64,000 nt of DNA from an uncultured Bacilli bacterium (GCA_905235635.1 CAJOMC010000007.1:18998-82997), one strand, 5' to 3'. Positions 1-10,212 are shown, counted from the stretch's first letter. Notes: generated by a model not told the origin, from the letters alone. Numbers and translations: made by a program.

Positions 1-362
1 GGTTGTGGATAGTCTTGAACATCCAACAAATTAATTGTTATATCTGAAGAGCCAGAAATCACTCTTAGAATATTGTCTTGTTCTAACTCTAAATCTACTT
101 GATCACCGTTTAATTTCTTCACAAAATCAAAAAAGATTTTTCCAGGAATTAAACACTCTCCATCGTCTTCAATTTTATAGTCATCATTTTCGATAACATA
201 TTTAATTGATTGTTCCATGTTGGATGTGATAAGAGTTATTTTATCATCTCCTATTTTTACAAATACACCTGATAACGCAGGTATACTACTTTTAGCATTA
301 ACTATCTTTTCAACTACACCTAAACTATTTAATAATAAATTTCTGTTAATTAAGAGTTTCAT
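1..362 (-). CDS. dnaN: DNA polymerase III beta clamp (5' part; runs off window)
   Basis: Manual translation from ATG at 362: MKLLINRNLLLNSLGVVEKIVNAKSSIPALSGV...GECLIPGKIFFDFVKKL; GGAG RBS; directly downstream of dnaA. Confidence 0.93.
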   Translation of the reverse strand, partial: MKLLINRNLLLNSLGVVEKIVNAKSSIPALSGVFVKIGDDKITLITSNMEQSIKYVIENDDYKIEDDGECLIPGKIFFDFVKKLNGDQVDLELEQDNILRVISGSSDITINLLDVQDYPQ

Positions 363-379
363 GCGTATATTCTCCTTCT

Positions 380-430
380 TTATTTATATATTATTATAAT
401 TATTAATCTTTGTGGAATTGTGGAATTCTA
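380..430. promoter_or_regulatory. oriC segment between dnaA and dnaN: AT-rich tract plus two DnaA-box-like TGTGGAATT
   Basis: AT-rich run ~380-410; TGTGGAATT at 411-419 and 419-427; position matches the Firmicute bipartite oriC. Confidence 0.7.
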
Positions 431-471
431 CATACACTTAAGCAAAATATGCCTATTTATAGCCAATATTT

Positions 472-1851
472 TTAAATTGCATTAGGATCTTTTCCGAGTT
501 TTCTTAGAATGTTTTCCACATTCTTTTTGATAGATTCATCATTCTTGATTCCGTTTTCTATTATTTGGTAACCATAAGAAACGGTTGAGTGATCTTTACC
601 ATTAAAGATATCACCTATCCTTTGCCAAGTGAGGTTGTATGTGCCTCTCATGATATACCAACAAATTTGTCTTGCGAGCACTATTTCTTTCTTTTTAGAA
701 CTAGATAACAAATTATCTACACTCAGTTTGAAATATGCAGCTACTACACTTAAAATCTTTCTAATATCTTGAGACGGAACCACCGCATCTTCTATTGCGC
801 TCATTGAGCTAACTACATTTTTAAGAGCATCTTTCGCACTTTCTAGTGTTATTCCAGTCTCGAACGCGTCACAATAGAACAACACTCTGGTTAGTGCACC
901 CTCAAGTTCTCTAATGTTGCTTGTGCACACGTCAGCAATATAATTTATTACATCCTCTGATACTATAGACGGATCAGCTAGTTCTTGATTAATTTTTGAT
1001 TTTAAAATTTCTATTCTGTGTGCCTTGCTAGGTTTGTTAATGTCTAAAGACATTCCCCACTCAAATCTAGAAGTTAGACGTTGCATTATGTTTTGTAAAT
1101 TTGACGCCTTTTTATCAGATGTGATAACTATTAGTTTCTTTTCCACATATAATCTTTCAAATATTTTGAAAAACTCCAACTGACACATTTGCTTGCTTTC
1201 CAAGAATTGAATATCATCCATCAGTAACACATCTACATTTTTGAATTTTTTAGAGAATTTGGTGAATTCGTTGTCTCTAGATGAGTTTACAAAATCTTCT
1301 ACAAAATCCTGAGTTCTAACATAAACTACGTTTTTGTTGTCTTTGTATTCAAGAATACTGTTGCCAATTGCTTGCATAAGGTGAGTTTTGCCCAAACCAA
1401 CATCACCAAAAATATACACAGGATTCGCGATTTCTGATAGCTGTTCTGCGACTAGCATAGCCACTCTATGTGCAAGCCTATTAGAATCACCAACAACAAA
1501 CGTAGAAAAAGTGAGGTTTGGGTTTAATCCGCTGGGTGTCTGCTTTTCAAAATCATAGTGTTTTGGCTGATTTTGTTTTATATCATTTTCTTTATCTTGT
1601 TTCGTGATAAGAATGAATTTATACCTGTTTTCGGGTGAAAACTGAGACAAATAATAGTTCATTTTATCTAAATATCCGTCGTTTATGCGTTTTTTATAAA
1701 AAGCATTCTCTACAACCAAATATACGGAGTTGTTGCTAACTTTATAAATCTCGTTCATGCGAGCAAAATAGTTCTCGTAAACATCTGGATTAACTTCACT
1801 CTTTAGTTGTGTTTTTATTTCGTCCCAAATTTGTAATATATTCTCGTTCAT
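472..1851 (-). CDS. dnaA: Chromosomal replication initiator DnaA
   Basis: NPVYIFGDVGLGKTHL Walker A, DDIQF Walker B, RLTSRFEWG, NIRELEGAL, KDHSTV. Confidence 0.98.
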   Translation of the reverse strand: MNENILQIWDEIKTQLKSEVNPDVYENYFARMNEIYKVSNNSVYLVVENAFYKKRINDGYLDKMNYYLSQFSPENRYKFILITKQDKENDIKQNQPKHYDFEKQTPSGLNPNLTFSTFVVGDSNRLAHRVAMLVAEQLSEIANPVYIFGDVGLGKTHLMQAIGNSILEYKDNKNVVYVRTQDFVEDFVNSSRDNEFTKFSKKFKNVDVLLMDDIQFLESKQMCQLEFFKIFERLYVEKKLIVITSDKKASNLQNIMQRLTSRFEWGMSLDINKPSKAHRIEILKSKINQELADPSIVSEDVINYIADVCTSNIRELEGALTRVLFYCDAFETGITLESAKDALKNVVSSMSAIEDAVVPSQDIRKILSVVAAYFKLSVDNLLSSSKKKEIVLARQICWYIMRGTYNLTWQRIGDIFNGKDHSTVSYGYQIIENGIKNDESIKKNVENILRKLGKDPNAI

Positions 1852-1913
1852 TTTACTTTTAAACCCGTCTCTATTTCAATAATACCATGATAAATATTTT
1901 AATTTTTAATTAG

Positions 1914-2025
1914 TTTTCCACAAAATATGTGGATAACTCGGCTCAAAAAACACACAATAACTGTAAAATGTGGAAAAATATTTGGCTAGATTTAGGCATG
2001 TAAGCGTTTTATTCGCTTTTCCACA
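1914..2025. promoter_or_regulatory. oriC DnaA-box cluster upstream of dnaA
   Basis: TTTTCCACA 1914-1922, perfect TGTGGATAA 1928-1936, TGTGGAAAA 1969-1977, TTTTCCACA 2017-2025. Confidence 0.88.
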
Positions 2026-2123
2026 GTGATAAAAACACCGTTTCTTTTATATAAGTATATACATTATATATTTTTAATAATCTTAAAATAGGTACAACGC
2101 AGTCAAAAACAACAAATATAAAC

Positions 2124-2152
2124 TTGACATCAATACCCCCATAATTTATAAT
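2124..2152 (+). promoter_or_regulatory. Consensus sigma-70/A promoter for rpmH operon
   Basis: TTGACA-17 bp-TATAAT. Confidence 0.85.
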
Positions 2153-2183
2153 TTATAAAGCGTGGTTTTAGGAGGGCGAAAGT

Positions 2184-2318
2184 ATGAGTCAAACATATCA
2201 ACCAAGTAAGAAAAAGAGAGTAGCTAGACACGGATTCCGTGCTAGAATGGCAACAAAAGGCGGCAGAAAAGTTTTATCTGCTAGAAGAGCTAAAGGCCGT
2301 AAATCTCTCACTGTATAA
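2184..2318 (+). CDS. rpmH: 50S ribosomal protein L34
   Basis: Manual translation [44 protein letters not shown]; AGGAGG RBS; below ORF-track cutoff. Confidence 0.97.
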   Translation: MSQTYQPSKKKRVARHGFRARMATKGGRKVLSARRAKGRKSLTV

Positions 2319-2411
2319 TTTTTAACACTACTAAAAAACGAATTAATGTTATTGTACTTGAAACACCTGAAGATAACTGATTCTATTTTTAGGTGTTTTT
2401 TTGTTTTATAA

Positions 2412-2741
2412 ATGAAAAAAGAAAACATTATTAAAAACAACAAAGAAATACAAGATATATTAAATACAAAAAATGCAACCGTTGGTTCTAATTTTATAAT
2501 ATATAAAAAGGAAAACCACGATAGTAGAACCAGGTTTGCTATAAGTGTCTCTAAAAAGTTTGGTAACGCTGTAAAAAGAAACCAAATAAAAAGAAGGGTT
2601 AGAGCTATCATAGATCAAAATAATTATAAGAAATACGATGTGTTTATTATAATCAGACCCAAAGCAAAAAATCTCAATTTTGACGAAATTAGCAAAGAAT
2701 TAAATGCGTTAATTTTAGAGGCAAAAATACTGGAGGATTAA
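2412..2741 (+). CDS. rnpA: Ribonuclease P protein component
   Basis: RFAISVSKKFGNAVKRNQIKRR motif; synteny after rpmH. Confidence 0.96.
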   Translation: MKKENIIKNNKEIQDILNTKNATVGSNFIIYKKENHDSRTRFAISVSKKFGNAVKRNQIKRRVRAIIDQNNYKKYDVFIIIRPKAKNLNFDEISKELNALILEAKILED

Positions 2742-4267
2742 TGAAAAATAATAGATTAATATTGGTGTTTCTAAGTGTGGTTATGATGCTTGCGTTAGTG
2801 CTTGTTGGGTGTGGTGGATCCTCAAGACAACAAACCGATGCAACTAACACATATAGACTACCTCTAGGCGATAGTGGATACATCAACGAAATAGATTTTC
2901 CTTTCAATAATTGCTATGCATATTCAAAAAACGCGAATGGTGTATACGATAAATGGGTAAACTATAAATATTTAACCACCGGAGAAACATATACAATCAA
3001 TGTTGAATTCGGTAAAACTGCAGAAGAAACAAACAACAAATCTGTCAAATTTTATGTAGGAACATATGATGAAAACAACAATTTAGTTGTTGTGGCCGAA
3101 TCTGGTTACATTAATTTGTCATCAAACGAGTTTGTTCAAACATCATTTAGTTTTGTTGCTCCATCAGACACCAAAACTGTGTTGAAACTTTCTTTTGGTA
3201 CCAGTGTAGATGAAGCGTATTTTGTAGAACAAAATCCTGATGCAAAAAGAAGCGATGTAAGAAAATATAAGAACTCATATCGAGGTGCTGAATTTGTTAT
3301 AAGATCTATAGATTTAATTGATAAAGATAGCAACACCAATAGCCTTTTATACGAAACTGTAGTTAAAGAAACCGAAAAAGGATCAGGAATTTATGTTTCT
3401 GCAAACCTATATGTTGGAAAACAAGATTCTGATTTATATTACTACAACACAGGTACTGTAAATTGGAACGATTCTACTAAATCACTTACTTTAAAACTAA
3501 ACTTTAAAAAAGGTGCATGGCAGTGGATAGTAGCACAACTTGGCGCTTTATTGAGTGTTTTAACTAAATGGTTGGGTGGCGCGTATTGGGCTGCGCTAGT
3601 GTTGTTTACTGTAGCCGTAAGAACTGCAGCTTGGCCTATTTATGCTAAATCAACATCTATGAGCACTAAGATGGCTGCTCTTCAACCAGAGATTCAAAAA
3701 ATAAACGCTAAGTACGCAGGAAAAACCGATCAAAACTCTAAGATGAAGCAGCAGATGGAGACAAAACAGCTAATGAAGAAAAATCACGTAAGCACATTAG
3801 GTTGTCTCTTACCGTTCCTTCAAATGCCAATATTTATTGCGGTATATCAGGTTGCACAAAGATTCCCTCTAACACCTCTTTATACAGTTGGTGTAAATTT
3901 TAAATTTTTATGGACAGATTTCGGCGCAACATATGGTGTTGTTACAGGAGATTGGATTTTGGCGCTTATAGTTGGTATCACAATGATTGGTTCTCAAGAA
4001 ATCAACACACTTATGTCAAAAAGCATTCAAGCTAAAAAGAGAAATTTCTACACCCAAAAAGACCAACAATCTAATAATCAAATGCGTATTATGATGATAT
4101 TTATGACTGTTATGATGGTTGTGTTTGCGTGGAGAAGTGCCGGTCTTGCGTTCTATTGGATAGTAGGTAACTTATATCAAATAATGCAAACGTTTGTGAC
4201 CAAACTTCAGGAGTCAAAACGTGCTGATAAAGAAGCGCACGAAAAAGGTAGACCAATAGGGAGATAA
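2741..4267 (+). CDS. yidC: Membrane protein insertase YidC with lipoprotein signal and large extra N-terminal domain
   Basis: Lipobox LVGC; C-terminal half has LQPEIQKINAKY, GCLLPFLQMPIF, GLAFYWIVGNLYQI; rnpA-yidC-jag synteny. Confidence 0.92.
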   Translation: MKNNRLILVFLSVVMMLALVLVGCGGSSRQQTDATNTYRLPLGDSGYINEIDFPFNNCYAYSKNANGVYDKWVNYKYLTTGETYTINVEFGKTAEETNNKSVKFYVGTYDENNNLVVVAESGYINLSSNEFVQTSFSFVAPSDTKTVLKLSFGTSVDEAYFVEQNPDAKRSDVRKYKNSYRGAEFVIRSIDLIDKDSNTNSLLYETVVKETEKGSGIYVSANLYVGKQDSDLYYYNTGTVNWNDSTKSLTLKLNFKKGAWQWIVAQLGALLSVLTKWLGGAYWAALVLFTVAVRTAAWPIYAKSTSMSTKMAALQPEIQKINAKYAGKTDQNSKMKQQMETKQLMKKNHVSTLGCLLPFLQMPIFIAVYQVAQRFPLTPLYTVGVNFKFLWTDFGATYGVVTGDWILALIVGITMIGSQEINTLMSKSIQAKKRNFYTQKDQQSNNQMRIMMIFMTVMMVVFAWRSAGLAFYWIVGNLYQIMQTFVTKLQESKRADKEAHEKGRPIGR

Positions 4268-4269
4268 CT

Positions 4270-4872
4270 ATGAATAACATTACTGTAAAATCAACCAACT
4301 TAGAAGAAGCATATAGAAAATGTGAAGAAGGCTTAAGAGCCACTAAATCACAACTACAATTTGACGTTTTTGAAGAAGAAGTAAAAGGTAAAACAATTTA
4401 CTGCGTTACCGCAACCCTTTTAAATGATTACCCTATGAAAGGCTTAGAATATTTAAAAACTGTTCTTGAAACATTAGGCATTAATGCTATGGTCGAAATG
4501 AGAAGACGTCATGGAACTGAAATTAGATACGTTATCACATCTGACGAAAACCCAATTTTAATTGGTAAAGGCGGAAAAACTTTAGAATCAATCGAAACAT
4601 TGGTTAAAATGGTCGCAAACCCTAATCAAGATGATAGATATACTATCTCTGTAGATTGTGGTGGTTATAAACAACAACGCATTAAACAGCTAGAAATCCT
4701 AGCTACCAAAACAGCTAAGGATGTTGCTGAATCTAAAGTATCAGTATCACTTGATCCAATGAATTCTTACGAAAGAAGAGTTGTTCACGAAAAACTTTCA
4801 AATTGGAAGGATGTTTATACTGAATCTGAGGGTTCAGGAAAAGAAAGACATATTGTTATAAAACCAAGATAA
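4270..4872 (+). CDS. jag: Jag/EloR (KhpB) KH + R3H RNA-binding protein
   Basis: LIGKGGKTL KH motif; PMNSYERRVVH R3H motif. Confidence 0.92.
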   Translation: MNNITVKSTNLEEAYRKCEEGLRATKSQLQFDVFEEEVKGKTIYCVTATLLNDYPMKGLEYLKTVLETLGINAMVEMRRRHGTEIRYVITSDENPILIGKGGKTLESIETLVKMVANPNQDDRYTISVDCGGYKQQRIKQLEILATKTAKDVAESKVSVSLDPMNSYERRVVHEKLSNWKDVYTESEGSGKERHIVIKPR

Positions 4873-4874
4873 TT

Positions 4875-5438
4875 ATGAAATTAGTTGTAGGACTTGGAAA
4901 TCCAGGAAAAGAGTATGCGAACACTCGTCATAATATAGGTTATATGGTTCTAGATTCATACGCAAAATCCAAAAACTACTCTTTTAAGAAAAGAGTTTTG
5001 CTTGAGGGTGAATTATATGTATCTAGAGATTTTGTGTTGCTAAAACCCACAACCTATATGAATTTATCTGGTAATTCTGTCCAAAAAGTGGCCCACTATT
5101 ATCACATAGACACAAAAGATACGTTGGTAATTTCAGATGATTTTAATATACCTTTTACTACTTTAAGAATCAGAGAAAAAGGCCAAGCTGGTGGCCACAA
5201 CGGTCTAAAATCTATCATATCTTCTTTAAAATCAGAAGAGTTTCCGAGACTAAGAGTAGGCCTTGGAGAGCCAAAAGGCGATACAATAGGATATGTTCTT
5301 GGTCCGATTTCCAAAACTGATCAGGAAAAATTAGATAAACTGTTTGAAAAAACTAATCAACTAATTGATTTGTTTATTAAAGGAGAATCTATTTACTCTC
5401 TTCAAAATAAATTCAACACAAATGAACCCATATCTTAA
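4875..5438 (+). CDS. pth: Peptidyl-tRNA hydrolase
   Basis: VGLGNPGKEYANTRHNIG, KPTTYMNLSG, GGHNGLKSI. Confidence 0.97.
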   Translation: MKLVVGLGNPGKEYANTRHNIGYMVLDSYAKSKNYSFKKRVLLEGELYVSRDFVLLKPTTYMNLSGNSVQKVAHYYHIDTKDTLVISDDFNIPFTTLRIREKGQAGGHNGLKSIISSLKSEEFPRLRVGLGEPKGDTIGYVLGPISKTDQEKLDKLFEKTNQLIDLFIKGESIYSLQNKFNTNEPIS

Positions 5439-8400
5439 CTATGTTTTGAATTTACCTATCTTCGAGAAGATAAATTCACAAGTTAAAACAAATAATCACA
5501 CAGAAATAAGCGAGACAGATAGATATTTAGCCTCGCTTATTTCTCTATCTTTGTTAAATAAACAAAATAAAAATATAGTTTTGGTGGCACCATCCATATT
5601 TCAAGCTCAAAAGGTATATGATGACTTGTCATCTATAACTAATAATGTAGTTTTTTACCCAAAAGATGACTTTATTTCTACCGAACTCTTAACCGAGTCT
5701 TTTGAATTCAAATTAGAAAGAATTAATGCGTTAAAAGAGTTGTTTTTCTCAAATACCCAAAAGGTATTTGTGACAAACCTTTCAACTCTTTTAACTAAAT
5801 CAATCAAGAAAGAAGAATACAAATCCAAAATCATTACCCTATCACTTAACCAAAACATTAAACCAACCGATGTATTGTCTCTTGCGACTATGGCAGGGTA
5901 TCAAAAAGTATATACAATTGAAAAACAAGGCGATATCGCGCTTAGAGGATCTATCCTAGATATATTCCCTCTAAACGATACAAAAGCCTATAGAATAGAT
6001 TTTTTTGGCGATATAATAGATGAAATTAAAATACTAGATATAGAAACTCAAAGATCATCCAAAAAAGATATAAAAGAAATAGTTATTATGCCTTCTTATG
6101 AAGTATTTTTTACTGAAGATGAAGTTAGTATAGCTAAAGACTGTATAAAGGATAAGTTGTCTCTTATCACAAACAAGGAATCAATTCAAAAATACAACGA
6201 GGATTTAGAAAGATTCAATCTAAATAATTTTGAGTATCTTCAAAAATACATCTCTTTATTTAATCAAAATAACTACTCATTTGTTGATTATATTGATGAT
6301 AAAATAGTGTGTTTTTTAGACTATGATTCAATACTAAAACAAGACGAATTTTCTCAAAAAGAAATGTATGAATATCTGTCAAATTTTGGTGAATATTTTG
6401 AGTCTCAACCTTTTATAAACAATATTAACACTTATAAATTTGAACACGTAGTTGATTTTAACTATGACGTCGAAAAAAGAACGGATGCTATACAAGTTAT
6501 TTCTCTTGAACCACCAAAATATAGTAACAGGTTTGATTTATTAGAAATAGATCTAACAAACACATATAAAAATGAAACAGTTCTAATATCTTTAAAAGAA
6601 AAAAGTAAGGATATAATAGAAAACTTTTTAAAAAGCAGTGGCATTAATTACTATTACACAGAAGATGAAGTTAAAGAAAAAGCTATAAATTTAACCACAG
6701 GTGATTTTATTCCTTTTAATATTAAAGGAGAAATATTATCACTAACTGAAGAGTGTATATTTAAATACTATAAGACAAGAGCCGCAAGATATGCCTCTAA
6801 TATTGAATCAAAAAGAATTAAATCTTTGTCTGAATTAAAAGTTGGTGATTTTGTGGTTCACTACGATTACGGTATTGGACAATTTGTGGAAATTAAATCT
6901 ATGACATTATCTAGTGGCACAAGCGACTTTATCCACGTTCAATATGCCGGAGGAGACTCTGTATATATACCTGTAGAAAACCTATCTGTGTTGTCTAAAT
7001 ATGCAGGTGAAGACGGCTATATTCCAAAGCTATCCAGACTCAACTCAAAAGAATGGGAAAAGACCAAATCTAGCGCTAGAAAAGAAGCCGCAAACTTGGC
7101 CGAAAGATTATTAAATCTTTATTCTACAAGGGAAAATACAGAAGGATATAAGTATCCCAAGTTTGAAGATTTAGAGAACGAATTTGATAGTGAATTTTTA
7201 TATGAAACAACTCCTGATCAATTAAAAGCTATAGAAGAAACTAAGGAAGATATGGAGTCTGGAAAACTAATGGATAGACTTGTCTGCGGTGATGTAGGAT
7301 TTGGTAAAACAGAGGTTGCATTAAGGGCCGCATACAAGGCAGTCCTTTCGTCTAAACAAGTGGCGTACTTAGTTCCTACCACAATACTCGCAAGGCAGCA
7401 CTACTATACTTTTAAAGAGCGTATGAGTAAATATGGTGTTGAGGTAGTCTTATTAAGCAGATTTGTTTCGCCAACACAAATCAGAGAAAATCTAAGAAAA
7501 ATAAAAAACGGAACTGCAGATATAGTTATTGGTACTCATAGACTTCTATCTAAAGATGTAACGTTTAAAGATTTAGGTCTTTTAATCATCGACGAGGAAC
7601 AAAGGTTTGGTGTAGAAGCTAAAGAAAAAATCAAAGAACTAAAGAGCAGTGTTGATGTTTTAACTCTAACCGCAACCCCAATTCCAAGAACTCTTCAGAT
7701 GGCAATCACAGGAATTAAAAATATATCTTTAATAGAAACCCCACCTAAAGGAAGGTTCCCAATTCAAACTTATGTGCTTGAAAGAAATGATTATGTTGTT
7801 AAAGAAGCAATAGAGCGAGAAATGTCAAAAGGTGGTCAAGTTTTCTATTTATTTAATAGAGTTGAAACCATAGAAAATATAGCTCTTTATGTAAAAAGAC
7901 TCGTGCCTGATGCGCGCATTGCATGCATTCATGGTCAACTATCTAAACCAACAATAGAATCAGCCATTAATGATTTTATTAGTGGTGATATTGATGTACT
8001 TGTTTCTACCACAATTATAGAGACAGGTATCGATATTCCAAACGTAAACACTCTAATAGTTCATGATGCAGACAGGTATGGTTTATCTCAACTCTACCAA
8101 ATCAAAGGTAGAGTAGGTAGATCAGATAAAATATCATATGCATATTTAATGTATGATAAAAATAAAAACCTATCTGAGGATGCTACAAAAAGATTAAACG
8201 CCATTAAAGAGTTCACCGAACTAGGCTCTGGTTTTAAGATTGCGGTAAGAGATTTAACCACAAGAGGTGCAGGAGAAATTTTAGGCGCAAGACAATCTGG
8301 CTTTATGAATAAGGTAGGTGTTGAACTATATTTAAAACTCTTGGATGAAGAAGTAAAAAAGAGAAAAGGCGAGATAGTAGAATCAGATGCAAAAGAAACA

Positions 8401-8847
8401 AGACTTCCTATCCCAAGGCATATAGATAAGGAATATATTTCTGATGATTATGTACTAATTGAATTCCACGAAAAGATTGCGGATATATCGTCTTTAAAGA
8501 AACTCTCTACTTTAAAAAGTGAGATGGTTGATAGATTTGGTAAATTAAGCCTAGATTTAGAAGAATACTTATACGCTAAGTTGATGGAAAACTTGATTAA
8601 TAGATGTAATTTTGAGAGAGTTGAGTTCTCTAAAATCAGACAAGTTATGGTTATTTCGCAAGAGAATTCTAAAAAAGTTAATCCAGAATTATTGTTTAAA
8701 GCTGCCCTATCTATCTCAAGAAATTTTGATTTTGATTATAAATCGGACAAAATTATTATTTCATACATAAATAGAGGACCTAAAATTGAGATGTATAAAA
8801 ATGTCTCAACTTACCTCGAAAAACTCTTAACTGACAATATATTATAA
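5422..8847 (+). CDS. mfd: Transcription-repair coupling factor
   Basis: GDFVVHYDYGIG, DRLVCGDVGFGKTEVA, DEEQRFGV, TATPIPRTL; ATG 5422 preferred over the upstream TTG. Confidence 0.97.
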   Translation: MNPYLNYVLNLPIFEKINSQVKTNNHTEISETDRYLASLISLSLLNKQNKNIVLVAPSIFQAQKVYDDLSSITNNVVFYPKDDFISTELLTESFEFKLERINALKELFFSNTQKVFVTNLSTLLTKSIKKEEYKSKIITLSLNQNIKPTDVLSLATMAGYQKVYTIEKQGDIALRGSILDIFPLNDTKAYRIDFFGDIIDEIKILDIETQRSSKKDIKEIVIMPSYEVFFTEDEVSIAKDCIKDKLSLITNKESIQKYNEDLERFNLNNFEYLQKYISLFNQNNYSFVDYIDDKIVCFLDYDSILKQDEFSQKEMYEYLSNFGEYFESQPFINNINTYKFEHVVDFNYDVEKRTDAIQVISLEPPKYSNRFDLLEIDLTNTYKNETVLISLKEKSKDIIENFLKSSGINYYYTEDEVKEKAINLTTGDFIPFNIKGEILSLTEECIFKYYKTRAARYASNIESKRIKSLSELKVGDFVVHYDYGIGQFVEIKSMTLSSGTSDFIHVQYAGGDSVYIPVENLSVLSKYAGEDGYIPKLSRLNSKEWEKTKSSARKEAANLAERLLNLYSTRENTEGYKYPKFEDLENEFDSEFLYETTPDQLKAIEETKEDMESGKLMDRLVCGDVGFGKTEVALRAAYKAVLSSKQVAYLVPTTILARQHYYTFKERMSKYGVEVVLLSRFVSPTQIRENLRKIKNGTADIVIGTHRLLSKDVTFKDLGLLIIDEEQRFGVEAKEKIKELKSSVDVLTLTATPIPRTLQMAITGIKNISLIETPPKGRFPIQTYVLERNDYVVKEAIEREMSKGGQVFYLFNRVETIENIALYVKRLVPDARIACIHGQLSKPTIESAINDFISGDIDVLVSTTIIETGIDIPNVNTLIVHDADRYGLSQLYQIKGRVGRSDKISYAYLMYDKNKNLSEDATKRLNAIKEFTELGSGFKIAVRDLTTRGAGEILGARQSGFMNKVGVELYLKLLDEEVKKRKGEIVESDAKETRLPIPRHIDKEYISDDYVLIEFHEKIADISSLKKLSTLKSEMVDRFGKLSLDLEEYLYAKLMENLINRCNFERVEFSKIRQVMVISQENSKKVNPELLFKAALSISRNFDFDYKSDKIIISYINRGPKIEMYKNVSTYLEKLLTDNIL

Positions 8848-8849
8848 AT

Positions 8850-8900
8850 AATGCGCTAATATCGCTATAATTTCCCCTTGTAAAGCGATTTTAGCGCATT
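8850..8900. terminator. Long hairpin after mfd (17-bp arms, one mismatch)
   Basis: AATGCGCTAATATCGCT ... AGCGATTTTAGCGCATT; weak U-tail, so terminator role uncertain. Confidence 0.5.
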
Positions 8901-9016
8901 TATTATTATTTACGCTTCCCTTTTAAAACTCTTCATTAGACGCAAAAAATAATCATTTTTCGCTTGAAATAGGTTCTCAATTATTATATAATATATAATA
9001 TATTGAGGGGATGACT

Positions 9017-9109
9017 ATGAATTTAAAGATTGCGACCATAAACTTATCTAATTTTCTTATAAATGATAAAAGAGTAGAAAAGTTTAAAAATCTCAATTTT
9101 TTATTATAA
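9017..9109 (+). pseudogene. 30-aa ORF with own promoter/RBS, possible truncated endonuclease/exonuclease/phosphatase-family remnant
   Basis: TTGAAA-17-TATAAT at 8964-8992, GAGGGG RBS, MNLKIATINLSNFLINDKRVEKFKNLNFLL. Confidence 0.35.
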
Positions 9110-9123
9110 AGAGAGTATAATTC

Positions 9124-10212
9124 TTGAAAATTAACTCAATATCTCTAAGAAATTTTAGGAACTATGAAAAAGAAGTTATCAACCTTTCTCCTCAATCGAA
9201 TATCTTAATAGGTCCTAATGCCGCAGGTAAAACTAACATCTTAGAGTCAGTATATGTAATGTCCTTTTCTAAAAGTTATAAAGCGAAGGATGAAGATCTT
9301 ATAAAACATAGACAAGATTTTTTTAAAGTAACCGCATCATTAGATGACAAAGAGATTGTCTTAATCGCTTCAAAAGATGGTAAAAGAGCGGAAGTCAATA
9401 AAGTTAAAATTAAAAAATTAACCGACTTTATTGGAAACTTGAGGGTAGTACTTTTTTCACCAGACGACATTCTAATGTTTAAAAACGGACCTCAAGAGAG
9501 AAGAAATTTCTTAGACTATTCTCTTCTTCAACTATCTAAAAGTTATGTATCTAACTATCAATCCTTTAAGAAACAACTTAAATTAAGAAACGAATATCTT
9601 AAATATCTTCTTCCTAAAGTTGACGTTAAAGGAAAGATAGAAGATGAAATGCTTGATATATTAACTGAGAATTTTGTGGAATCTAATAAATTAATCAATA
9701 AAGAAAGGGAAGATTTCACTAAAAAATTAGAAGAAGTGGTGAGAAGAAAATATCAAGATATATCTGGTTCTAAAGACATAGTTAAGATAGGTTATGAAAC
9801 CAATTTTAAAAATGAAATTGATTTTTATAAAGATAAATATAATCAAGACTTAATTCTTGGTACCACAAATCATGGTTGTCATAGAGACGACCTCAAGTTT
9901 TATAAAAATAAAGATTTATTTGAAAAAGTTGCCTCACAAGGTGAGTTAAGAATGCTGTCTATAGCGATTAAACTTGCGTTATGTGAGCTAATTAAAGATG
10001 AAAAGAGTGATCCACCAATACTACTTCTTGACGATGTATTCTCAGAACTAGATACGAATCACCAAAACAAACTTCTCTCATCACTTGATAGAGACACACA
10101 AATAATAATAACTACTACCGACTTAAACGAAATAAACAAAAACACTATTGCATCAAGCAAGGTATTCAGCGTTTTAGACGGACATATAAAGGAGATTTCA
10201 AATGGAAGATGA
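9124..10212 (+). CDS. recF: DNA replication/repair protein RecF
   Basis: LRNFRNY, GPNAAGKTNILE, SQGE, PILLLDDVFSELD. Confidence 0.96.
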   Translation: MKINSISLRNFRNYEKEVINLSPQSNILIGPNAAGKTNILESVYVMSFSKSYKAKDEDLIKHRQDFFKVTASLDDKEIVLIASKDGKRAEVNKVKIKKLTDFIGNLRVVLFSPDDILMFKNGPQERRNFLDYSLLQLSKSYVSNYQSFKKQLKLRNEYLKYLLPKVDVKGKIEDEMLDILTENFVESNKLINKEREDFTKKLEEVVRRKYQDISGSKDIVKIGYETNFKNEIDFYKDKYNQDLILGTTNHGCHRDDLKFYKNKDLFEKVASQGELRMLSIAIKLALCELIKDEKSDPPILLLDDVFSELDTNHQNKLLSSLDRDTQIIITTTDLNEINKNTIASSKVFSVLDGHIKEISNGR

